64,000 bases of DNA from the NCBI GenBank assembly GCA_035221665.1, contig CM069166.1:7688001-7752000 (forward strand), written 5' to 3'. The notes under the pieces were generated by a model. It worked only from the letters and a program-made list of their open reading frames with translations, ran no database searches and was not told the origin of the DNA. Source of the DNA: Okamejei kenojei. Lineage: Eukaryota. Both the position numbers and the translations under genes were made by a program. This document shows, in pieces, positions 38,785 through 52,260 of the stretch. Position 1 is the stretch's first letter. Each line of letters opens with the position of its first letter.

Positions 38785-41473
38785 CTGAAATTAAAATTAT
38801 TTGTTAACAAGTTGAAGTATAAATTGAACAAAGTTAAACATTTATAGATCATTAGTGGTAATGCACAGGTGTGAGATTGAACAAACACATTATTTAACGA
38901 AGCAGTCAGGGCAACACAAATTAACTGTACACTCAAGTCGAAGACTTGTCTGCTTATATACTTACCACAGGCCTTGCACCACAAAGTCCTGCCATTGCAG
39001 ATCTCACAGAGAATATTATTTGTTTCCATGAATCACATGTCAATAACAATGGGGAATGGGTTTTATTCCCTATAGGAAACATCTGATACATCAGTAAATA
39101 GCCCTAAGTGATTCGTGGCACAAAGAACAGCAGTCTGGATTATTAATCAAAATTACAAAGTATGGAGTAACTCAGGCAGGTCAGGTACATCTTTAAGACT
39201 TTAGAATACAGCAACAGAAACCAGCCTGCGGGCCAATTGCGTCCGTGCCAACCAGGATCACCCCATAACACTAACACTATCCTAAACTGGAAACAATTTA
39301 CAATTTTACCAAAGCCTTATTGACCGACAAATCTGTACATCTTGGAGTGCGGGAGAAACCAGAGCTCCTGGAGAAAACCCCATGCGGTCATAGGATGTAA
39401 ATACAAATTCCATACAGACAAAACACCTCTTACTAAGGATGTACCCGTCTCTGTCGAAGGGTGTTATTTTCGACTGGAGTTATTTGACCCTGAGAAGTTT
39501 TCAGGGCGATCTGAGTTGAACCTCGATTATTTGTGAACTATATGGTGTAAAGTGTAGATGGGCGGGTTTGTGAGTTTGCAGCACAACACAAAATTAGTGA
39601 AGTGTGGCAGACAGTGAGGGAAGGCTGTCAAAGATACAGCATAATATAGAGACCTACAGAAATGGCAGAGGGAGTATAAACTTATACGTGAAGATGTTGT
39701 ACTTTGCAGGCCAATGTAAAAAGAAAATATAAATTACATATTTTAGACGGCATTAGAATATTTGCATGCAGGTCTGCCATCCCATTGCAGGAAGGAAGTG
39801 AGGCTTTGGGAGGGTGGCAGCAGAAGTTATTAGCTACACCAAGAGCTGCACAAACTTTGTGTTGTATGCTCTTGGAACATCAGTGGGAATATCGGAGTAC
39901 GGGAGATCCTGATAACATAATATACTATGACAGGGTTGATAGGATTGACAGTCAAAACTTTGTCCCACAGGTGGAAATATCAAAGATTAGAGGACATAGA
40001 ATTTAAGGGTTTGGGGGGGGGGAAAAAGAGGGGCAAAATCTAAACGAGACATGCATTGAACATTTTTTAATACAGAAAGTGGTGGGTGCCCTGGAATGTG
40101 GGTGCCAAGGTGGTGGTGGCTACAATACGATGGGGGAATTTGAAGCTTTTGGGGATAGCACATGGAACTGCAGAGAGGAGGATATGGATCAAGCCGGCGA
40201 GGAGATAGTTTAAGGGTGGCATCATTTAGGCACAGCATCTGGCTGAATAGCCTGCTGCCGTGCTAAACAGTTCCACACGTACGATATAGAAACACATCTA
40301 CTCAACCCCTGAGTAGGTGGGTTTCCTCATGTAGCGTAGGACCTATTGTCCAAATATCTGCTTCAGAGTGCAGGAGGAAATTCTGTTTGACACAGTGTTT
40401 TTACATTTATACAACGTTTGTGTAGGGCTCACCTCCTGCTGAGCCTGTTGGAAGAACAAAGATGTCACTAATTAGTAAGCAAAAAGTATGAGTAAAATAA
40501 AAGTGTCTGTCCATGTGTCATTATTGTTTTGGGCCATCCTGTGGGATTAAAATGGGATATACCAATTTGACAGTTTTGTTATCATTATTAATGTTTTTGC
40601 TGTATCTTGGTTACATGGTTTACTTGGTCCCTCCACACATTCCAACAGGAATTTAAACTGGAGTGGTATCCGAAAGTCCCACACAGTGTGGTCCTATTCC
40701 ACGAAAGCATCTGGTCCTCTTCAGCAAGAACAATTAATGTCGAATAATTACTCTTGTTTGTGATCTAACAGTCAACTAAATGGCAGTATCCCCTTCCCTT
40801 ACAGTACAGCCCTCCAAGAATGTTTTTAATTCATCGAACTTTGAGCCTTCTCACCTCCTTTCAGTCAACAGCATATTGTCCTTTCGACTGGTGCCAAATA
40901 GCTTACTTAACGGAGGTCAGGGTCAGAAATATTTGCTGTCGCTACTTTAAATGAAACTCCAATGGTTGAGATCTTGCTTAAGATCGCAGTTGTTCATGAC
41001 TTAAATGCCATCTTTCAATGGTCTTACTTACCCCTTCATCATCTGCTTGTTCTTCAGTTACTTTGGTCCTCCAAAATTTTCCAACTGGAATTTATACTGA
41101 GGTGGTGAAAGGAGGGGGTTTTAGCCAGAGAGGGTTGTTGGGAAGAAAGTGCCACTTTAATGTATTTTCAATCTGGCTGGCAACCGTGGTTTGGTGGAGA
41201 TCATTCCATGCTTTAATAGTGCGTGGGAAGAACGAATTGCTGTACACATCTGTCTTTGTGGCTGGGACCACAAATTGGATCGAATGCCCTTGTCTGCTCC
41301 TAATTGGCTTGGGGTTGGTGTAGGTCTTGTGATCTACACCAACCCCAATTGGATCGAATGCTCTGGTCTGGACAATACCTTTACAAATGGAGTCAGTGAG
41401 AAACTATAAATCTCCAAAATCCATCGCGGTGAAAAGACGTTACTTTTTGTAAACATAGAACGATGCACCTTAC

Positions 41474-41544
41474 CATAAATTCTACTACTATGCTTTGTTT
41501 GTTTGGCTTCATATCATTGTCCACCGTGAGCAAGCGATAAAGCA
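41474..41544 (-). CDS. C3: Complement C3 exon 4
   Basis: 71 nt; VLYRLLTVDNDMKPNKQSIVVEFM; ttctag/gtaagg. Confidence 0.95.
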
Positions 41545-42995
41545 CTAGAAAGAAGTATAACACAATGATTACCTTGAACAGCAGACTCAATATCTGAACA
41601 ACCGCTCTTAGCCATTCATGCCCAATACCATCGTGAGTATACTTCACATCTAATGATGGGGGGGGGGGGGCAGTAATGATCAAAAACACTTTATAGAAAA
41701 CCTGTGTTTGCAATGACACTTAGAGACTGGACTCATGTGATACAGGCGGCACCTTCTCATATTGTTAAGCCGTTCACCACCGATAAAGCAACGTCATACA
41801 AACTTGATGGAATAATGTCCTTTGCATGGATGATTGCAGTTTTAACTAAATGATTAAGAAATAGTTTGCAGATCCTTTCATTCATTGTTCGTTTAGTCCT
41901 TCTACAATCATTTCCATCTCTCGTTTCCCCTAATCCTTAACTAGTCTGAAGATGGTCTTGAGCCCAAACTTATCCATTCTTTCTCTAGAGAAGCTGCCTG
42001 AGTTTACTCCTGCTTTTGGTGTCTATCTTCAGTTTTAAAACTCATCTCAGTTCCTTCCCTACACCCTTTTCAAAAGCATCTAGTTCATGGTTTGCTGTCT
42101 GGACGGATTTTGTACTCTCCCCGTGACCGGGTGGTTTTCCCCTGTGTTCTGTTTTCCGACCGAAGTGTTTTTAGGTTAATTGGCTGTCAGTAAAGATTTT
42201 GTAAATTGTCCCTATTTGTAGAATAGGGCTATGCACAGGGATTGTTGGTAGAAAAACGCGGACTCGTGTCCGAGGGCCTGTTTTCCGTGCGGTCATCCTG
42301 AACTTAATTTTTTAAAAGGACCTGATGTTAATATTCAAATATTACATACTTGTTTGGGAGTGGGTGGGGCAAATAGATTCTACATTAATATTATTATGCA
42401 ATATGACACAGGAACCATGGGAACCATGTCACATTTGTTGCTTGATTACAAGTGGCCAACTCTATTGAAAGCTTAAGGTTTTGCTGCTGCGATACACAGA
42501 GAACTGCTATGTTTAATTTGGAATGTATTTGATGGGGTGGCTCCAAACGCTGAGACCTGCTACTCAACTCAGGTTGGACAACCTAATGCTGAGGGTAATA
42601 CAATATCGATAGCTGCTGTCATACGGGACACTCTTGGATAAAATCAAATTAAACCCCAATCCCTTCTCACATCGATTCATGAAGTCCTTTGGTATCTCGT
42701 TCAAAGAAAACTACAAATTTTTGGAGCTCAACTGGTTCCACTGTGAAGCAGTGGGTCCACAGGTGGGCAGTTGGGGTCCCACAGTGGTGCAGTTGGGTTC
42801 CACAGTGGTGCAGCTGTAGTTGCCCGCTGCATCCAACAATGCCAGGAACCATGGTTTATCCGGACCTCGTGTGCTAATTGGTTGGGTTTGCACATCTGCC
42901 CTTGATGGGTTTTCCTCCATGAGCTCCAGTTTCCTCCCACAACCTAAAGACATGTGCTTTGTGGGTTAATTTCCTGTTGGAAATCACCACATTGC

Positions 42996-43960
42996 TAGAA
43001 ACATAGAAACATAGAAATTAGGTGCAGGAGCAGCCATTCGGCCCTTCGAGGCCTTGCCCGCCATTTCAATATGATCATGGCTGATCATCCAACTCAGTAT
43101 CCTGTACCTGCCTTCTCTCCTGACCCCCTGATCCTTCAGCCACAAGGGCACATCCAATCCCTCTTAAATATGGCAACGAAACTGAACTCTTCTGTGGCAC
43201 GAGGAATTCCTCAGATTCCCACTCTCTGTAGTGAAAACGATTTTCTCATCTCGGGTCTAAAAGGACTTTCCCCTTATCCTTAACTGTGACCTCTTGTCCT
43301 GGGACTTCCCCTCATCGGGAACAATCTTCCTGCAATCTAGCCTGTCCAACCCCTTAAGAAATTTTGTAAGTTCTCTATGAGATCACCCTCAATTTTCTAA
43401 ATTCCAGCGAGTACAAAGCGAGTCTATCCAGCTTTTTCATATGGAAGTCGTTGCCATCCAAAGGAATCAATCTGGTGAAACCTTCTCTCTACTCACTCTA
43501 TGAGCAAGAAATGTCTTTCCTCAGATTAGGAGACCAAACCTGTACCGCTATACTCCAGTGTGGCTCCACCAAGACCCGGTACAACTGCAGTAGAACCTCT
43601 GCTCTTGTACTCAAATCCTTTTGCTTATGAATGCCAAATACCATTCGATTCTTCACAGCCTGCGCACCTGCATGGCCCTACTTTTCAATGACTGGTGTAC
43701 CATGACCCCCATGGTCGTCGCTGCATCTCGCCTATTCCTATCGGTCACATTCAATAATAGGTCTACCTTCCCTGTTTGCCACCCAAAGTGGATAACCTCA
43801 ATTTATCAACATTATACTGCATTCAGCCTTGCATTTGCCATTCACCCAGTCTATCAAAGGTCATCCTGCTGCTCCTAGCATCCGCCTCACAGCTAACACT
43901 GCCCCCAGCTTCGTGTCCTCCGCAAAACTTCGAGATGTTGCATTTAATTCCCTCGTCAAA
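42996..43960 (-). mobile_element. CR1 LINE of the young family with many small indels
   Basis: (gaaacata)n tail at 42996; collinear with 4156-5335 but full of 1-2 bp indels. Confidence 0.88.
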
Positions 43961-44430
43961 TTTCCCTCGTTGCAGAGTGATAGTGGGATGACATAGAACT
44001 AGTGTGAAGGGAGATCGATGGTCAACATGGGTGTCTCTTTGGGCGAAGGGCTTCTTTCCATGCTGTTTCTCTTAAAACTATACATAACCAACATTAATAA
44101 ATCATACAAAAGTCGCAAAAACAGATAATTGAAAAGTTGTCACCATTTTTGTTTATGGAAGGTTCAAACTAAAATATTTGGTTGCAGACTTTCTTATAAA
44201 TTTTTACATATTACTTTTCAACTCTTTCATTATTTGCTGTTCAACTTTTGAATGATATGAGGCTGCTAAGTAAATTCAATGTCTCTATAACTGTGATGGC
44301 CAAAATGGAAACTCTATTAAAACAAATTTCCTCCATGATTATGTGCTCCCCCCCCATCCCATCCTTAAACCTAGTGGTGTCCGCTGGTGCAGTTAAGGTA
44401 TATTTTAAGAAAACTTTGAACCATAGTTAC

Positions 44431-44593
44431 CAGTTTGAGTTGGTGTGTAGATTGGTTTGTCAGTCTGGATAAAGATGTGTCCAGATTGATGTGAAACAAG
44501 GATAATAGTTCGCAACATAAAATATGCTGATGTTGCTTCCAAATATACATACTGTTTCCCTCTGGAATCCTTTGGCAATCTAGCTGCAGGTAT
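44431..44593 (-). CDS. C3: Complement C3 exon 3
   Basis: 163 nt; IPAARLPKDSRGKQYVYLEATSAYFMLRTIILVSHQSGHIFIQTDKPIYTPTQT (C3 FIQTDK.IYTP). Confidence 0.96.
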
Positions 44594-45329
44594 CTGGCAA
44601 TATAAAAGACAAAAATAAAATTGGTGTGATTGCTTTTCAGAATTGTGTTCCAAATAATATAGTAATGCCCAGCAAGGCAACATTAGGCATTTATTAGACT
44701 GATATACTGCAGGTGGCCTCAAGTCAAGACAACTTTATTTGTCACATACACATTTACAAGATGTGCAGTGAAATGAAAGTTGGCTTATTGGTCTAAAGAG
44801 ACAGAGGGTTCACCCTGAATTTGACAGGTGAACAAATCTTTGAGTCGTGTGATGCTAATGGAGGTAACAGATGCAGGTTGGACTTGATGAGCACGATATA
44901 ACATCCCTTCCCTGCGTCGTTTGTTGAAATTAGTGTTGGCATGAAGTTCCCGTTTTTTTTGCCTTACCTGCTGGTTAAATTTGTCAGGGGAATGAGTTAA
45001 GAGTTTGCTGCAGTGTGCTCAGCAACCCTCCATGCACAAAGCATAGAGATGGAGATGAATAGCTTTATTTTCCTGCTGCAACCGTTCTGCAAGCTAATCC
45101 CGTGTACGCCTTGTAAATTGCTTATTGCATGTGAGCCAATCAGAGTAATGGACTACCACAAACTCTACCCTATTGAACACTTCATATTAACACTCATTTC
45201 CTATATTACGCAGTCGCACTAGTGGTAGAGTAAAACTAACATGTATTGTACTGTGCCATTATGACCGATGATTAATGCTAACTTAAACGCCATACAGTGT
45301 CCGTACACTTGTTTACACACCTTAAAATA

Positions 45330-46558
45330 CAATACGATATAATAGAACTTTATTTATCCCAGGAGGGAAATTGATCTGCCAACTGTCATAAAAACAAAAT
45401 ACATGAAACATGAAATTAAAGTGAATGGAAAGGATTACAAAGGGGAGTTAGTCTCAGTCTACCCCATGACTAGGGGGAGGAGATGTACAGTTAGATAGCC
45501 ACAGGGAAGAAGAACCTCCTCCCTCCCCCCCCCTCTCTGTGGCGCTCTGTGCTGCATCTTGGTGGAACAAGTCTGTTGCTGAAGGTGCTCTTCATGTTGA
45601 CCAGGGTCTGCTGTATTGACCAAAATGCTCCGCAGTTTGAGGAGCATCTTCCCCTCCAAGACCACCTCCCGTGAATCCAACTCCACCCCAAGGATGGAGC
45701 CAGCCTTCCTGATGAGTTTGTTAATCGTATTGCCATCCGCAGCCTTCAGTCTGCTGCCCCAGCACACCGCAGTGAAGAAGATAGGCACTGGCTACCACCG
45801 ATCGGTAGAACATCTGCAGCATCTACTGCAGATGTTGAAGGAGCGGAGCATTTTCAAAAAGTACTACCAGCTCTGTACCTTCTTGTACAGGGCCTCAGCG
45901 TTCCTGGCCCACTCCAGTTTACTGTCCAGGTACACTCCAAGGTATTTGTACACCCTGGTAAACTGCACATCCACACCATTGATGGAGATAGGGGTGTTTG
46001 TCTCCTCCTGAAGTCCACCATTAACTCCTTAGTCTTGTCGGTATTAAGCTGCAGGTGATTCAGCCCACACCACTCAACAAAGCCGATGACTACACCTCTG
46101 TATCCAGTTTCCCTCCCCTCACTGATGCAGCCCACAATAGCAGAGTCATCTGAAAACTTCTGCAGGTGGCAGGAGCCCGAGTTACATTTGAAATCCGATG
46201 TGTAGATGGTGAACAGGAAGGGAGAGAGGACCGTCCCATGTGGGGCCGCCATGTTGCTCACTACCATGTCCAAGGCACAGTTCTGTAGCCTGACATATTG
46301 TGGTTGTCCAGAGGTAGTTAGTGATCTAGGACATCAATGGAGCATCCACCCGCATCTTCGTCAGTTTGCTCCCTAGCAGTGCAGGCCGGATGGTGTTAAA
46401 AGCCTGCTTCCCAGCTTACCCAGGTGAGCATTGGAACGATGGAGCAGGTGGATGGTAGCGTCCACAACCCCCATCTTTGTTTGGTAAGCGAACTGCAGTT
46501 AGGGTTCAACCAGGGGGTCGGAGGTGAGTGTACACTAGCCTCTTCAGGGACTTCATGA
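45330..46558 (-). mobile_element. Rex1/Babar-like LINE RT and 3' end
   Basis: APHGTVLSPFLFTIYTSD..LQKFSDDSAIVG..LNTDKTKELMVDFRR (ORF 45854-46273). Confidence 0.85.
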
Positions 46559-47026
46559 TTTATCATAACATGCGTCTTGTAGACAATTCATTGCTTAAAT
46601 TGTACCTGAGTTCCCAACTGCAGAGCACATAAGACACCCCATGTAAGCACCACTTCCCTTCAGTTCAGTTTATTGTTAAGTGTATCAAGATACAGAATGA
46701 AAAGCTTTTTTTATTGCATGCTGTCTGGTCAGTTGAAGGACTAAACATGATTACAATCAAACTGCCCACAGTGTACAGATACCGAATAAAGGGAATAATG
46801 TTTAGATAAAGTCCAGTAAAGTCTGATTAATGACAGTCCAAGGGACACCTATAAGGTAGTTCAGGACTGCTCTCCAGTTGTTGAGAGGATGATTCAGTTG
46901 CCTGATAACAGCTGTAAAGAAACTGTTCCTGAATCCGGAGGTGTGCCATTTCACACTATGTACCTCTTGCCTGATGGGAAAGGGGAGAAGAGGAAGTGTC
47001 CAGGATGAGACTCGTCCTTGATTATG

Positions 47027-47880
47027 TTCCGGTGGGCGGCGTGACTCTCATCGCAGCGGCCTCTGCAGTCCGTCTGTCTTTTTTTATTTTTTGTCTCGTT
47101 TGAGTGTAGTTAGTTAGTGGGTTTTTTTTAGCTGGGTATGTGTGGGGGGTGGGGTGGGGTAACTTTTAAAATCTTTTCCCTGTACAGAGGACCCGACCTT
47201 TCCTCTGTCGGGTCTCCGTTGTTGTTGGGGCCTAGCGCTGTGAAGCGGCCTCCAACCGGACCTGGGGCTCCAGTCGTGGAGCCTGCGGACTACTCACCAT
47301 CGTGGAGCTGGCCGAGTTCGGAACGGGAGGAGCTGTGGTGGCGCGTTGCTGCTGCCCGACCCCGGAGATTCGGAGCTCCAGCTGCCGGCCGGTGGACGGT
47401 GAAACACCGGGAGCTCGCGGGTCCCCTGGTGGGAGACCGCTTTTTTTTCATTATTTCGGAGCTCCCGCGGCGGCAACTTCTCTCGCCCGAGTTGCGGGTT
47501 GAAAATGACCCGGAGCGGGGCCTTACTCGTCCAGCGAAGCTTTAATGGCCGCGGGACTTGCCAGCGCCCGCCGGGGGCTGTAACATCAAGACCGGAGCAC
47601 AGCCTTGCATCGCATGGCGCGGCCTGAATGGCCGTGGGACTTATTTACCATCGCCCGCCGGGGGCTTTGACTCTGACATCGGGAGGAGAATGGGGAGTGC
47701 AGGGGAGAGATAAGACTTTGCCTTCCATCACAGTGAGGAGGAGATTCACTGTGAAAGATGTTTGTGTCAATTGTGTTGTATCTTGTTTCTTTTCTTGTTT
47801 GTATGACTGCAGAAACTAAATTTCGTTTGAACCTCAATGAGGCTCAAATGACAATAAACGGTATTGTATTGTATTGTATG
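47027..47880 (+). mobile_element. GC/CpG-rich non-autonomous retroelement with LINE-like tail
   Basis: Splits the host sequence gtccttgattatg|ctggtggcc; ends tgacaataaa..(tattg)n like the Rex1 tails; no LINE-like ORF. Confidence 0.55.
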
Positions 47881-48256
47881 CTGGTGGCCTTGCCAAAGCA
47901 GCATGAAGTGTAATTGAAATATTAATACAGTTTCTGGTCTCTAAAGTGAAACACACATTCTGAAATAACTGTCCCGACCTTTTACAGCAAGAACAATATT
48001 CAACACAAGGATGCTGATACTACAAAGTTTATCAGCAGATTATGGCCATAATGCCATTCTTGTGAGGAGATATTTGGCACGACATAGAGAGAATTTTAGT
48101 TAATCGGGAATCTCTCCCTTGCCACAAATTATTGAATACAGTAATAATGAAAATACATTAAATTTTGTGGCAAAATCTCCCCGTGCTCTGCTTGTTGTAC
48201 TCTACTTTGGAGAACTATTAAACGACTGAGGCGTTTTGATTTATCTGTCCATTTAC

Positions 48257-48449
48257 CTTAACAGTGGTGGTCGTAAGATGCTTATTCGCTGAATTCAAAT
48301 GGGTTCTGGTTTCATATAGTGTGACCGTACGATGAGGAAAATCCTGCAAACTAATTTCAACCTCAACGTCATTATTGAAATCATGGGCTTCTAGAACCAC
48401 AATCTCTTCAGTTTCAATTCGCAAAACATTGGGAGCTGTTAGTATAAAT
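48257..48449 (-). CDS. C3: Complement C3 exon 2
   Basis: 193 nt; FILTAPNVLRIETEEIVVLEAHDFNNDVEVEISLQDFPHR..KHLTTTTVK. Confidence 0.96.
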
Positions 48450-50437
48450 CTGTAGGAATAATTAAAATTATGAATGTATCATCACAACCACAACAATAGG
48501 AATCAAGAAAACATTTTTATTCATCAACAGAAGATGAGCATCATTATCAAGCCCAGCATTTTTAGATATCCTGAATTGCCCTTTGAATATAGAGGTGAGC
48601 CATTTTCCCAAACTGATGCTATCCATGTATATGAAAGTAACATAAGGTGCGGGGCCCTTAAATACAAAGTGATGTACACAGTCAACACATCAAGAGTCAT
48701 GAGCATTTTTTTTTTATTGTTATTCATCCCAAAATGGAGCGAATGGAGTTCTTACTTCCAGCAGCTCAACGGATATGTAGTAACACACGTGTACTTCATC
48801 TTGGGTATTTATAAAGAAATAGGGATACAGTGCTTAAATTCCTGTCTCACAATCTCAATACTCAGACAAATAATCTATAGAATTCAAATTAAATCATGCT
48901 ATTAGAGCAGGAAAATTAAAAAAACAATTGACTAACTATTTTGAACAAAGACTGCAACAGTGGCTGAAACGAACGAGTGTTGTCTGTGTGAAGATTGCAT
49001 GTTCTTTACAGGAAGAAATTTGCCATCTCCACACAGTCTGGTTAACTGTGATTTTATACCCACAGTAATGTAATCAATCCTAAACTGGGTATGTGTAGGA
49101 AGGAACTGCAGATGCAGATTTAAACCGAAGATAGACACAACATGCTGGGGTATCTTAGCGGGACAGGCAGCATCTCTGGAGAGAAGGAATGGGTGACAGT
49201 TCAGGTCAAGACCCTTCTTCGGACGAGTCTGGCCTTAACTGGCCTCTATAAAGACCTAGCTGTTCAAGGGAAGTGGTGTTTACATTGGCAGTTTGTGATG
49301 AAAGACAATCGTTTGGACATAAAGTGCTGGAATAACTCAGTGGGTCATGCAGCTTCGCTGGGGAACGTGGATAGGCTACATTTCTGTTTAGGATCTTCCA
49401 GGCTGAATGTAGTAAGGGGCAGAAAACTGGAAGAGAGGTGATTATGGGACACTGGCAAGTAATAGGTGGATGCGGGTGAGGTGGTTTGTAATTTGTAGAT
49501 AGATGGACGAAAGCCAGAGATGAAAAGACAAAAAGTGTGAGATAAGTACAGAAAAGCCCCAAAAGTGAAGACAGGACAGAATATAGATGGAAGGGGACAT
49601 GGGGTGGATAAAGAGAGAAATGGGTGCACAGAGAAGGGTGGGGGAAAAGTGTGTGTGCGGGGGAATGTCTGTAGGTCGGTTACCTAAAATTAGAGAATTC
49701 AATGTTCCTTGCATCCACAATCATTTCTAATTCTCATTACTTGTTGTCCTCGAGAAGATGGTGATGAAATATAAATTTGTTTTTGGGAATGTAAATCGTA
49801 GAGTGTGATCAGGAATTCCAGATTTTAAATTCAAAGACAGTGAAGAAATGGAGATATATGCAATGGCTAGATTACTATGCTACTTGGAGAGGGCTTTATA
49901 TTTTGTGGTCTTGCCATGGGCGAACCACTGTGTACGGCAGCAAATGCCCCATGTCGTTATTGTCAACCTTGTTGATTGCATCATCTTGGATGATAAAATG
50001 TTCATTAGGTTTCTCAAGTGTAATTAGACTTGAACTTAGCCAAGCAGGTAGAAAGCATTCCATCCCATCACACTCATTGATCATCCACAGTGAAAAGGCC
50101 TTGGAGTCAGAAATCGAATCAGAACTAGTGGGCAACACAAAGTGCAGGTTTGCCAGTTAATTGGACTCTGTAAATTGCCCCAAGTGTGTAAGTAGTGGAT
50201 GCAGAAGTGGGATAACGTAGACCTGGTGTTAATGGTTGACTAATGGTCTGCATGGACCTGGTGGGCTGAAACATTGTGGGCATAAGGACCTGTTTCTGTG
50301 CTGCTCTGTTCCACATTCTGTGATCACGTTCTTTACAGATACAATGAACACTGTGCTCGTATACAAACACAAACAACTCAAGAAATCAAATAAATATACA
50401 TAAATTACACAAAATGAAACTATTCCCTGATACTTAC

Positions 50438-50505
50438 AGAGGTTCACACAGAGAGAGTGCAGGAAGAGTCACAAAGAGAACAAATAACAGTGAGGTCCTC
50501 CCCAT
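50438..50505 (-). CDS. C3: Complement C3 exon 1 (signal peptide)
   Basis: Perfect Kozak GCCACCATGG; MGRTSLLFVLFVTLPALSLCEP; phase-2 gtaagt donor joins exon 2 in frame. Confidence 0.95.
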
Positions 50506-50544
50506 GGTGGCAGACTGCTTCACCCAGTCAAACTATTCCAACCC

Positions 50545-50790
50545 ACGTCACCAATTTATACCCAAAATCACCACAGAATTATTAATTTTTAACAAATGAG
50601 ATGTTTAGTTTGCTGTTTACTTTTTAAAAAAAAATAAATATTCACTGACCATGCATGTTTAACCAAAAGTTAATTTAAATCCAGCAAGGCTGCAAATCTG
50701 GGAAAAAAACGTGGTTTCCCGTATTTAACTCAGATTTCGAACATGACCTTGAATTACCCAGATAAGAAATACAAACACCGCTTGCAAAAT
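50545..50790 (-). promoter_or_regulatory. C3 proximal promoter
   Basis: TATAAA at 50555-50560, about 50 nt upstream of ATG; HNF1-like 50581-50593, FOXA TGTTTAC 50614-50620, CTGGGAA 50698-50704, kB-like 50711-50720, C/EBP-like 50781-50790 (motif matches only). Confidence 0.65.
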
Positions 50791-50911
50791 GTTATTTTGT
50801 AAGTTTCTAGCTGGGCAATTTTAACCTTGTATTTTGGGGTAATAGAATGCAATGCTAGCTTTGCAGTGATTGTGAAATTAAGTGCAGTTAAAGCAGATCA
50901 AATTCTCATTT

Positions 50912-51235
50912 TAGAAACATAGAAACATAGAAATTAGGTGCAGAGTAGGCCATTGGGCCCTTCGAGCCAGCACCGCCATTCAATATGATCACGGCTGATC
51001 ATCCAACTCAGTATCCCGTACCTGCCTTCTCTCCATACCCCCTCATCCCCTTAGCCACAAGGGCCACATCTAACTCCCTCTTAAATATAGCCAATGAACT
51101 GGCCTCAACTACCCTCTGTGGCAGAGAGTTCCAGAGACTCACCACTCTCTGTGTGAAAAAAGTCTTTCTCATCTCGGTCTTAAAGGATTTCCCCCTTATC
51201 CTTAAGCTGTGACCCCTTGTCCTGGACTTCCCCAA
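50912..51235 (-). mobile_element. CR1 LINE 3' fragment
   Basis: (gaaacata)n tail; RTRGHSLR..FFTQRVVSLWNSLP. Confidence 0.92.
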
Positions 51236-51965
51236 TAACTTCCTCAATAACCCAATTTTCTATCCCATAAAGCCACGACATTTTTTTTTAAATTTTTAAA
51301 GATCTTATTGGAACTTTACCACCCGCCTATTATCCCTCCCCCCACCACCACCACCACCATCACCCCACACATCGTCAACTTGGTTCCAAGCTTTCTTACA
51401 TTACCCTGCCACCCTACTCCACTCTCCCACCTTTCTGCTCTGGAAACAGTGACGTTCTATGCACTGAATTCATTTTCTAAGCCTCCCTCTCATGTTTGCA
51501 AGCTATTAGTATCCCAAATGTTGACTGCCATGTCAAACCAAATTACTGAGTATTAGTCACACAGCTGGTGCCTTTGGAAAATAGGAATTTCTCCCTTTGT
51601 AACAGACAAGGTTTGGCTCATGGATCATGGTAGGGAAAAGGGTGCAAGGTCGAGAAATTTAAATAATTTACTACTTGTGATCAGACGTCATTGCGAGGTG
51701 GTCGAGGCTTGCATTGAAAAAAAGATGGTTTAAGTATGTGCAGTCATTCTAAATGACCTCTTTGTCTGGAAATGTGTCACGACCCAAAACATCACCTATT
51801 CATATACTCAATGGATGCCCCTGACCTGTTGATTTACTCCAGCACCTTATGTTTCGCTCAAGCTTCCAGCATCCTTGTAGCTCTATCTCTTTGTACTGTT
51901 ATTCAAGCAGTTCCAAGCATTCATTCCCTATATATACACATGTTCCTTCAAGTTCTTAGTAAGTC

Positions 51966-52260
51966 CATGGAGTGCAGCAGCAGCACCTCGTCGGTCGGCA
52001 GCCCGGCCAGTTGTCCGACCTTCAGACCTTCGCTTACCGCTGATACCACCACCCCTCCTTCTCATGGCCGATCATCGGCTCATGAGTTGGATGGGGTGCC
52101 GGACTTTGTGCGCGACTGGGCTCTGTGTGCAGTCCAGCACCTGGACCAACTTATCATTCACCCAGCCACGGCCGAGTCCGTCAATGAATTTCTGTCAGGA
52201 ATTTGTCCTTTATTTTGACCTTTTGTCCCTTATTTGGGAATGAGAAAGTTGGCAACCCTA
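51966..52260 (-). mobile_element. hAT (Tip100-type) terminal fragment
   Basis: Minus strand begins TAGGGTTGCCAAC with subterminal AAGGGACAAA-type repeats. Confidence 0.5.

Noticed and set aside
41031-41097. Strong GGG|gtaagt donor on minus suggesting an extra C3 exon
   Set aside because: Stops in all three frames between the nearest acceptor and the donor; no C3 similarity.
9265-50505. Alternative identity as C4, C5 or alpha-2-macroglobulin
   Set aside because: Motifs [29 protein letters not shown] and exon lengths (193, 71, 103, 116, 130, 72, 198, 109) fit C3 as I recall it; the thioester exon is outside the window, so paralog identity is unresolved.
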